Below are positions 45,156 through 56,100 of a stretch of 64,000 nucleotides of DNA, piece after piece. This DNA comes from Lepidodermella squamata (taxonomy: Eukaryota; Animalia; Gastrotricha). The notes under the pieces are model-generated. The model made no database searches. It was given only the letters and a program-made list of their open reading frames with translations, and was not told where the DNA came from. The stretch lies in NCBI GenBank assembly GCA_047495785.1, contig JBLDXI010000054.1:2666001-2730000 (forward strand), read 5' to 3'. The position numbers were made by a program, and so were the translations under genes. Each line of letters begins with the position of its first letter. Position 1 is the stretch's first letter.

Positions 45156-45316
45156 TCACTTTTTCATACTTCTTTTTAGATATTTTTACCTCACGGAGTA
45201 TTCAAAATTCAAAGTATTACACTGGCTGTTGATCCCTTTCGCATAGAAAGGCCAATGCTTCGAGGTCAGACTATCTTTAGCTTGAAAGTTGAAAGTCGTA
45301 TCCCTAATTTCATCAC

Positions 45317-45388
45317 GGTCCCATGGTGTAGCGGTTAGCACTCAGGACTCTGAATCCTGCGACTCGAGTTCAAATCTCGATGGGACCT
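45317..45388 (+). tRNA. tRNA-Gln(CUG)
   Basis: Identical cloverleaf. Confidence 0.97.
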
Positions 45389-45508
45389 TCATTTTTTGAC
45401 GATTTTTTTGTTACTTTTCAGGTTCAGAGCAAGTATATTCAAATTACGCTACTTTCTGCAAGTTCCTTCATAATAGAAAGGCTTCTCATTTGATTTTAGT
45501 TGATCTTT

Positions 45509-45646
45509 AGCTTTGCGCAGTGGCAGTTCCATACTCAGTGAGGTGCAAACCGAGAGGTGGAAATTGCTAATTGAAAACTACCCCAATTACCCGCTCTGAG
45601 GACCTCCGGGTCCGCTGTAGCACTTTCTGGAGCCCCACAAGGGGCT
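45509..45646 (+). ncRNA. U4: U4 spliceosomal snRNA, copy 4
   Basis: U4 hallmarks; ends 44 nt from the stop codon of the convergent Cys-loop gene. Confidence 0.93.
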
Positions 45647-45690
45647 ATGAATCCTTAACAAACAATTATGTAATGAGTTCTAGCTTTATT

Positions 45691-47254
45691 TCAAACATGG
45701 GCAAATTGATCATCGGGTGGCATGTTGTATTCAGCGACCTCCGGCTGCCCTTTCAAAAGCTTATTCGGTAGGACAAGAATAATGATCCAGAAAGCACATG
45801 CCAAGAAGCCGAAAATGTCAAGAAATAGGTAAACTGACATTCGGCTGACTTTAACTGCTAACTTTGTCGAGCAGCATTTCTTGCAACAGGATTGATCTTC
45901 CTGTACCGCCTCTTCTTCTTCATCTGATGGTGGAGACACTCTATTACGCCCGCTCTTAGGTTTACCCTGCTGCGGTTTGATCTCGACAACTTCATTGAGA
46001 TCTGAATCTCGCTCGACAGGGCGGTTAAGGCAGCAACAGCAGTAGGCACTGCAGCAGACCTTCAGCTGTTTGAAAACGTTCGGAAAATCGCAAATCTTGA
46101 GCCGCGGGAACAGCCGTCTGATCATCGACATCACCCCGACATAAACAATCGCAGTTCCGCAAATGATGACACGAACATTCAGCGCCTTTACAAGCCATAT
46201 GATGCCAGAGACCTTGGGCAAATCAGTCGCGACTGTCACTTCAAACACCACAAAGGTTAGAAACAGAGTAATAGCAAAACTCTGCCGATCCGTGTAGTTG
46301 AAGTTAGTCACAGGATTGCCGTCTTCATCTTCATTTTCATCCTTCCCAGGCGGGATGATGAATATAGCTGGCACTAAGCATGATACAATGGTATAGGGCG
46401 TCAGAACTCCCCAATAGTAGTAGGTCAAAACTCGGCAGAAGTTGAGTGAAACTTTCAGTTCATCTTTGCAAAGTTTCCCACCCGCGAAGCATTCGATTTG
46501 CTGCTTCGTGAACGACATGTCTTCGCGCAGTCGTGTTTGCTTACTTGGACATTTCGTCGGCTGGCACCACAGATCGAATTCGGTCATAAAGCCGTCCATA
46601 ATTTCTACTGAAGTGATGTTGAAGTTGACCTCAGGAAAAGGTGTGTTCGACTGTAAGATGAAGTCGCAAGTTTGGCAGTCGTAGGGATAGTTGAAGAAGT
46701 TAATTGAACACCCTGTCTTGATTATCCCCGTCACAGGCCATACGATTCTTCCGTTAGGAAACAGGAATCCTGACTTTTGCTTCCATCTAAAAGGAAATAG
46801 TCATTAATACGGGATGAATTACCAAGAAATCCTTACTCTTCAACCACCCATTTGTTTTCGACGTGATCGGGTACAACAATGATAGGATGCCAGCTTTCTT
46901 TGTATAGGTCTATTTCTAGGAAACGATTGTCGGAAGTTGTCCAAGGAATGCAAGGTATCTTCCAGGACAATTCAAACTCTACTTCGAGACTCAAACTGCG
47001 GGAAAATCAAGATACACCTAGAATTTTCTTGAGATGGACTGTATTTACCTTTGCTCGTTATCAACAATGCCTCCGAATTGGATGAACTGAAGCGATAGGT
47101 TAACACTTGTTACGTTTGATGGCTGTTCGGTATTGTTGAGTATCCCATCGCAATTACGGAAAGCCTGCTGCTTCAGAAGGTAATTTTGGCTTTGTACAGC
47201 ACAAATTTCCCTACTAAGGAAAATGACGGAAAAAGAAAGTAGAAGGTAGACCAT
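45691..47254 (-). CDS. Divergent Cys-loop ligand-gated ion channel subunit (nAChR/5-HT3-like, non-alpha)
   Basis: Signal peptide, VNLSLQFIQF..IVDNEQ, Cys-loop CSINFFNYPYDCQTC, four TM segments (M2 DRQSFAITLFLTFVVF...DLP); two introns. Confidence 0.88.
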
Positions 47255-48380
47255 GCTTTGTAAACTGACAAACCGGGACACGTTTCTTACAGCTTTTTGT
47301 TCAGCCAGCTTCGATCCATCGCACAAGCGCCAACTTGCTTGGATACCACAAGCTATGAATCGATTTTTACAGGTTACGGTAGTCATAATACAGCCATACA
47401 CTTCCTAGAAATACTGTTTGAAGTTTTGCTGTTCTTTTATGATTGATCTTTCATTTCACAGTTCTGACATGATTTCTTTGGTCGCTTGGCAGCAACTTAT
47501 TTTAAATCATGTTGATGATGTTGTTCTTCATTCATCCGTTCAGAGTTCACGAAAACAACGAAAGCTGAAGATCAGGAGTCTTATGTTAAGAAAACCCCAA
47601 GCATGATGCTTTATAATACAAAAATTGCAGTCGGAAAATGTTAAGCTGAATTGTTAATGGCATGATGTAAACATCTTGAAGAATCGGACCCTTATTGCTT
47701 CAGACTTCGGAGTTTCCAAAGGTCCAATTGATTACCGAAATAACTTGTATTTGTGTTGATAGTCCTGAAGGTTGTCCAATCTCCAATAGGCTAAGCCCGT
47801 AACCTGGTCCCCCCACATTTAGTTCGATGACGTGAACATCTTAAGCACAGGGACGGCGGACTTAAGTAAACCGAGATTGAACATGAAGAGTTCTCTCAAG
47901 TGGCTGTTATCATCAGCAAAAACTGGGAATTTGCTAGCTGTACGGGCTAAGGAATTTGTGTTGCAGCCTTTCGGACACTTTCGGCTTTAAACTCGAATTG
48001 CTCATGAATCGTAAGTGCAGTAGAGTGTGATAGAGCCTTAACTGCCTACTCGGTGAATAAAACTGGGTGAAACTCGGGATCTCTCAAAATGTAAAGAATC
48101 GATAAAGGTTCTTATAGCATCTCGAATTACTTGACTCGATGTGAACAGCAAAGAGTTGAATTAAGAACTGACTTCAGTATTTAGGATTCATATCCCTGAC
48201 AACGAGTATGGTTTTCTTTTAAATTGTTAACCTTTTTATAATTTTTGTTGCTATTCGCCTCGAATTTTAACTCGCTTTGATGAGAACTGAACCTTGTAAC
48301 AGGTACTTCTCCCCTTAATTGATAGACTCCATAGAGAACGAATTGACCTAATCACTGAGCTGTTGTGATTTGCTCTCCTA

Positions 48381-48537
48381 CACGGTGGTCACAAATAGCC
48401 GCACGGGGCGAAGTTCATCGATTGGACCGCGTATTGGTTTAATGAGGCTTTTCCCGATGAAATTATTTAATTTCTTAAAACTAAATTGGCCAATCAACGA
48501 ACTTCGCCTTCTGCGGCTTTTTTGTGATCGCACACTG
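48381..48537. mobile_element. Degenerate MITE related to the element at 58337
   Basis: Imperfect inverted arms (tcacaaatagccgca..ggcgaagttc / gaacttcgccttctgcggcttttttgtga). Shares ttcgccttctgcgg, ttaatgagg and ttcttaaaac with the 58337 element. Confidence 0.6.
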
Positions 48538-49042
48538 ATAAATACATAACCGAAAACACTCCAGCTTATGCTTAGGCCAGCCGAATTTTATCTCGCAGAT
48601 ATTTTTCGACTTTCTAGACGCCATCTACTATAAAACAGAGTGTTGGCAGTTTGAGAAAATCTAGCGCAATAAAATGTCTAGCTTATATAGGTAATGTGAG
48701 CTATGATTAGCGTTGAGACACGCGTACGTGCGAGCGCGTGAAATAGTTTGTAACAGCGACAACACGTATAGTATTAAGGCGACGAAAAAAAGCGCAACTT
48801 AGGATACGCGTAGACACACAAACACACACTACTCGCAGTGGAAAAAAGAAAGAAGCCGGCTGTTGACTCAAGTACCGCTCTATACCGTAGCCGTGGTTAT
48901 ACATTCATATTCGCGTGAAATTTGTACAGTGATGCACTAGTGGTCAAATTTACAGCCATGAAATAACACGACGTGTGATTTTTTTATACCGTATATTCTG
49001 CTGCAGTCAGTCATTATTTTATATACGCTGATCCGCAAGTTT

Positions 49043-50597
49043 ATGAACCCTCGCATCGTGCGCATGATAAAACTAAGCTCATGGCTAATTACTCCAATAT
49101 TGCTGCTACTCGCATTTATTTACCTCGACTCGGCAACCAGAATTTCGGTTGGAAAAATGATCAGCCATTTGAGAAATCGGCATCTCGTCCACCTTAAAAT
49201 TCTCGAACCTAACAAAGTCAAATCTATGCGGCAATTTGAAACCATAGTCGTATGGACAAATTAGTAAGTTGGAATAATTTATTCAAATTCGAAAATTCAA
49301 ATTCAAAAAATTATTCAAGAACAATTTTAATTTGAAAAAATTGCAATATTTTCCGACAGCTTTGGAAATTCGTTATGGGTTGATATGGTCGATGTGCCCG
49401 AGGATAATATTCAAATTGCAATGGGCGAAAATCAAAAATGTTTATTTACAAAAAATCGGAGCGAAATTCACTTCGCTTCTGGCGTTATGTTCCATGCGAA
49501 TGACGTCAGAGCGTATGACCTACCTCCTATTCGAGCTCCATGGCAACGTTACATGCTTTACAATGCTGAGCCGCCTTTCCAACTGCTTCGAGTCAACTTG
49601 GATTGGGACGCTATTTCAAGCGTTGCTTTCAACTGGTCGGTTAGCTTTTCAAGCAAATCTGATGTTCCAGTGCCGTATTGGAGTGTTGAGAGATTTCCGG
49701 ATTTTATCAAATTCGAAAGCGGTTTCCAAGGTTTTACAACTGGGAAAATCGCAAAATTCGCCGAAAATTTTTCAAAACGACCCAAAGATGCTGTCTGGAT
49801 TGTCAGTGATTGCCAGTAATAATTCTTGAAATTTAATCGTTAATTTTTTTTAAATAATTTGAAAATCAAGGACTGATGGAAATCGAGAATCAATCGTTGC
49901 GAAGCTAATCGAACTTGGTCTGACAATCGATGTTTTCGGCCACTGCAACGAAATTCCGCCGATTGAAGAGGACGGTTACTATGATAAATACCGATTTTAC
50001 TTATCCCTCGAAAATTCAGTCTGCACGGATTATTCAACGGAAAAAATTGAACGTGGCCTGAGATTCAGCCAACGTTTAGGTCTTATTCCTATCGTGTACG
50101 GTGGGGATAATTACGAAGCGAATATGCCGATGAATTCTTACATCGATCTCTTGCAGTACCGAAATTTGGAAGATTTAGTCAAATATCTGCGATTTTTAGC
50201 AGATCCTATGAACAAGCATTTGGTACGGCAGTTTTACGAGTGGCATCTTGAGTATCGAATTTCAGACCTCGCGTTTCCTCAAACTTATCGAGCTATGCGA
50301 GCGATTTGTTCGGCGATTTGGACGTCAAAAACGGGAGAAAGTCATTCCTATTCGAAAATAACGCCTCATTCCTTTACCAACTGTTCTCGGCCGTACAAAG
50401 AAATTCCTTCTTATTTCAAATTTTATTCAAGATGGACTAATTTTTACATCGCCTTTGGGTGGAGCCCTGGCTATTTGATTGCTTTGTTGGTTATAGTATT
50501 ATTATTATTTATTGCATTTTTCAGCTTCAGATCAAGGAGCTGCTCGGCAGTTGCTCATGAGATGAAATACGGTGCTAATAATAAAAATTGGAAATGA
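49043..50597 (+). CDS. Alpha-1,3-fucosyltransferase (GT10) with an extra C-terminal hydrophobic segment
   Basis: N-terminal TM; FNWSVSFSSKSDVPVPY, AVWIVSDC, YRFYLSLENSVCTDYSTEKI, IPIVYGG; two introns. Confidence 0.93.
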
Positions 50598-52747
50598 ATC
50601 ACGCCGTTTAAGGTGGATTTTTTTATATCAATCAGGTAAAAAAATGCTCGTATTCTCACTCAGTCTGGGACGCGTTATTTTCTTGGGAAAAAAAAACGGA
50701 GCGGATCTCGCACCATGCATAGCCTTAATTAAATTTCCTGTGCGAATACATGCGCCACTTCGCAATTCGCAGAAAAAAATTCAGTTTAGAGATCTAAAAA
50801 AGCACTTTAAAGTGGATTTTTTTCTCGCAAATATGCACATTTTTCACATCATTTAATCGATCCATCAAGTTGTTTGTTTAATCAAGCGTTTTTTTTACCG
50901 CAAATTATCTCATTAATATTCATTATTTTACTTTTATTGTCCACATTTATTTGGTTTAAATTCATGAGCTTAAAATGTTCTATTTTCCTGAAATTTTTGT
51001 TGAAATTTATTCGGTGCAACGTATAAATAGCGCCAATCCATATCATCATTTGTGCGATAATTTCGATAATTTTTTGAGCCGTGACGAACAAAGAAAAAAA
51101 TAGCTCCCACAAGTGCAAACAATTACTATTTTTTTATCATTTTTTCCTCCTTCCGCTATTGTTCAAGACACGCTACGCATGTGAAAGCGATCGCTGCTGA
51201 ATTACAATAATATATTACAAAAATTACACTGTAATCGGTGTATAATAAAAAATGTTGTAAAAAAAGCGTGTCAAATGCGCAGAAGTGAGTGTATGAAGTT
51301 CGGCGTATATGCTTCCGGCCTGCTGGCGTGTCGCGCGAAGTGTCATTTTGACTCGCATTTTGCATAATACAATCAGAATCACATTTTTATCACCCGTCAC
51401 CATCATCGCATATACGCCCTCGACACTAATATCGAGTATATTATAGAGACGCTGGAGTGCGCTCGCCCCGATATATTATATTCTCGCGTTAAAATCGTTA
51501 TTAGGATCGCGCGCATTTTTCGCCTAATAATAATAGCGATATAGCGATATATATATAAGGAGGATGGCTCTCCGGCGGCGAATAAAGCTAAAAGGCATTG
51601 GCGGCTTATCGCGCGATGAAGAGCGGGCCGATTTCTTGTGAAAAAGCGCGTATATATATATATATATATTCATCGCGTAATCAGAGTAGACTGCTGCGAT
51701 ATTCATGCGATATAGGGCCAGCGCTCTTTAATCCCCTTATAGTGGCGCGCGTGCGCCGATCGATGACTTTTTGCGCATTATTTTGCGCGCTATGACATTC
51801 GCGCGTCTTGAGCCGCCACTCTTTATACTATATACTTACGCGTTATTCATTGTATTACATTTTCGAAAAATTAATAGTAGAAATATTATAAGCCCCGCCC
51901 GGTGACTGAGTGACGGGAACTGCGTGTCGTAATATTATTATTATTATCGAGGGCAGACGGAGCAGATTTCAGCCGCCGCGAATGCTATCGATCGCTTTTC
52001 CAATGACGCGACCGACGCTTCGGCAGCACAAACAGGCGATGATGATTATTATATATACTATACAGTGTGGCATGAATAAAATTTTATATACACAGTGAAT
52101 ACATGTGTGTATGTGTGTATCGCGAAAGCAGGGCGTATAAGAATAATAATATAAAAGAAAAGACTACTATTACCAAGTATATTTACGTCCGCTGCTGAAA
52201 CTTGCATTTAATGCATGCCGTTCGTTCGGTCGGCCGTTCGTTCGCTTGTGACTCCCTCAATCTTTTGGTCGTGCGTCGCGCGCGCTCGTTCGATTTTGGG
52301 CCGCGCGCATATATTTATCGAACGCAAGGGTGTTTGTTGTGCTGTGTATATATTCCGGCTCTGAAACACACGCGCGCCGCACCATGTCATAGTAGCAGTC
52401 ATAGTAGTAGTAGTCGCCGTCGTAGTAGTAGTCGTAGTAAAAGGCGAACAGATAGGCACGATGGCCGTCATCGATAAATTTTATACACACATTTTTATTA
52501 TCACGTATAAAATTCGCTGCGGGCTGCTATATATGCATTCATATTATCGAATATTTTTCGCCCGCTCTCCATCCCTCCCTCTCACTCACTCTTTTTACGA
52601 TAGCGCGTCGCTTGTGTCTCTTTCTTTCTTTCTCGCTCGCTCGATTGTTGTATATTATTATAATAATATCGCCAGCCTGTTCTCGTAATATAGATCGGCG
52701 CCGATATTGGCCAATAAATGTTGGCGCGCACATCACGACCGGCTATT

Positions 52748-52775
52748 TTATTATTATTATTATTATTATTATTAT
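52748..52775. repeat. (ATT)n microsatellite
   Basis: Read directly; a (TA)n run also lies at ~51650-51670. Confidence 0.85.
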
Positions 52776-53179
52776 CAACGCCGGTTTTTATTTACGCGAC
52801 AACATTATTTTTGCGGCCAACAAATGACCTATAGACCTAACTGGCTATTAGCTCTGTGTCGGTAATGCGCGCTTTTATCGACTTTATTACCGAGCATCAA
52901 TAAAAAAATCAAACCTCTATTACACGCCCCAGTGACCTCGATGTGATTTTTTGCGACTTTTCTCCCCACTCTAGATGTTACTTTATTAAATTGATATTCG
53001 TCGAAAAAAATTGTTTAAATAAATTTTAATTATTTATTCCGTGATTTTGTATCGTGCGGCAATGTTTGATCGAGGACGATGAAATCGCGTAAAAAGAAGG
53101 CAGCTTATGATATTACTAAGCTGATGTTACGCCACCATCGGAGAACGGCCGATTTTTCGATTACAACGCGGTCTTAATC

Positions 53180-56100
53180 ATGTTTGGATTTAATTTAAAC
53201 AAGTTCGTCGACAAAATCCAGCAACAGGTGCCTGTTGCGAAAATGGCCGTGTCGACGCTGGTCGGCGATGCGCCGAGTGCGTCGCCGCCGCCCTCGCCGC
53301 GCCCGGGTGCAGCGCCCAGGGCGCCGGGGCCTAACAGCAACCGGCCATCGACGGGTTCGATGTCGACGTCGGCGAGTTCAAGCAGCGGCCAGTTCGCCTC
53401 GGCGCCACGCCCGATCGCGCCCAGCGGGCCCGGGATGCGCCAGCCGTCGCCCGGGCCCAGCGCGAGCCCGGACCGTTTCGGGTCGCCGCAACACCAGTCG
53501 CGGCTGGCGAGCGGTAACGCGTCGCCTCGCATGTCGATGAGCCCGCCAGCGCCGCCGATGCCGCCACCTGGTGGCGACATGTTCGGCGACATGGCCGGGC
53601 TGAGTGAGGAAGAACGGCTGCACATCGCGGCGGTTCTACAACGGGCTCAGATGGAGATGGAGGCGCAGATAGATACTCCGCCGCCGGCTCAGCGAAAATC
53701 TGTTATTGCTCAACAACCTAGTCCTGCTCCAGTTATTCCTACTACACCTCAACCTCAACCGGTACCTACTGTGACTATTAACCAGCCGAGTTCGCCTGAA
53801 AAGCCGTCACGCTTAGTTGGCGAGCCAGGTGCGACACGGCACCACGGCGCCGATCCTGAGCATGAATCGTCGCCGGAGGAGGACGAGGACGCGAGTAATG
53901 AGCCTCAACTGCTGCAGGCCAATCGTGAGCAACGGCGGCTGCTGTTCGGCAGCTCCGATGAGGGAAGTTCCGATCACGACTCGGAGCTGAGTAGAAATTA
54001 TTACAGCGATGCACATGTTCCTACTACGGCCGGTCAAAGGTTCGCAACACCGATTTTATTATATTTTTCTAGAATCAAAATTTTTCGGAAACAAATCGGG
54101 AATTTTTGTATTGAATTGATTTTTTTTAGGAATTTTCGAAAATTGAGTTCCGAACCCCGTTTTTAATCCCCAAATTTTGAGCTTTTTTCCTAGATTAAAG
54201 CCATGGATATAGGAACATTTAAAAATTAAAGCTACCTTAAAATTGAGGAATGACCTTCCCATTTTTAATTACACTTCGCCTCGATTAGGCGTTTTACCCG
54301 GAATAGTTTGAGGTTAAATTGATCGGAAATTGTTTATTATGCAATTTGCGTGAATTCTAGCGAAAATCCTACCTTCTCCAAAGTTCGGCATCCATTTTTC
54401 AGCATTCAGCATTCGGCCAATGACATTTTAGTGCAGCTTTTAATTTTTTCAATTTCTTTCATAAATTTTGTCGCGTAAATTAGCCAAATAGGAAATTTTA
54501 AGCCATATTTCGGCGCAAAAATTCCAATATTTATGGTAGAATTCAATATTTGAGACGATTACCACTGATTTTTTCAATTCGATACACTCAGAATTCAGGA
54601 TCAATTCTTTAAGGAGGCATTTTTCGCAGGATTTTCTCAGAATTTGTTTTCGTAAATGTGCTGTATTTATGTTCTGGTTTCGAAGTAATTTTTAGGCATT
54701 TTATGCGTGCATTATTTTTTAGGATTTTTATTCAGAGCAATCATGCATGCGTTGACATTATTATTGCGTTGGTCTCGATTTACAACTCGTTAGCATCGAC
54801 CACAGCGGCTGTCACAGCCTGTTATGTCCACAACTGTTGGTACTTGGCGTCATCACCATTGCCCAGCATCATCATTATTTGCTCACTTGATTGCGCCTAA
54901 TTCATATTATACAATAACAGCGCGCGGCAAAGATTTCCGATTTCCGAATAAGCAATCGCGCACATGACCTCGTAAATATATATTGTAATATTATAACGCA
55001 TTTAATACATTAATTTTGTTGATCAAACCGCGCGATGAGCCACCCTGCTGTGTCTCGTTTAACTTTTGGCGTCGCCCCGCCATGTGGCCTTTCGCCTCGT
55101 GTTATCATTAATATTGGCCATGCCATCATTAAGGAGGGCGCGCTGGCCAACAGCACTGTGTGGCCTTTTTCAAGCTACTCCTGTATTCATAATATCGATC
55201 GATTTTCCTGTATAGCAAAGCAGCGGATAGAGTGCCTCGACGTATACCGCGACGGTCGCACTTGAAAATGTGTCGCGCCGTGTGTTATGAAATATGTATC
55301 ACTAGACTATAAGCTCGCGCGCGTGAAGCAAGCAAGACAAGACTAAAACATTTAGGATGGATTTTGTCGCCGCCCGGGCGCGTTGTTGTCGCGGATGTGA
55401 TGTGAGCGCGGCTAACAGCGGGGCTATTACAAGTAATTTTTTGCTGTTTGTTATCACCCTGCCGCAATGTAATTAGCATGTGTGTGACAAGAGAATTAAA
55501 AAGGCTGCGAAAAACAACAAGGATAATGAAGATGCGAAAAAACAAACAACTGAGGTCAAGCGATTATGGCTATATCAAAATCGGAGAACAACAAAACAAT
55601 TATAGGAAAATATCAAGAAATAAGCGTAATTAGTACTGGGATAACAATTTTGAGAAAAATCACTGTCCAAATTCGGAAGCGTCACCAAAAATATCGGAAC
55701 TAATCAACGGGTTTTAATGATTGAAAATCGAAGAATCAATTTTGAGGATTCCACGCAGTGTGATTTTCAGAATTTGCAGTATTTCTTAGGATCTCAATTT
55801 TACTCAATTTTTATGACCAAATGATAGATCTCAGTATTACGCCCATTTTTAGCTATTGGTTGTCATTTTGCGAATTATACTTCAGCCGGCATAGCCGATA
55901 TCGATTCCAAGTATCGATTTTACTAATCAGTGATTTTTCCGATATCATAAGCTTGGGAAGCTAAGATTGAAAATTACTCTGAGTACCTGAGGCTACCAGA
56001 AAGCAAAAATAAAAAAATCGGACGGTCCGAAGTCCTAAGTTTAGCGATCATTAAAGGGAAAGGTCGAAATCGCAAAAACCGGAATTTTTCTGAACTTGAT

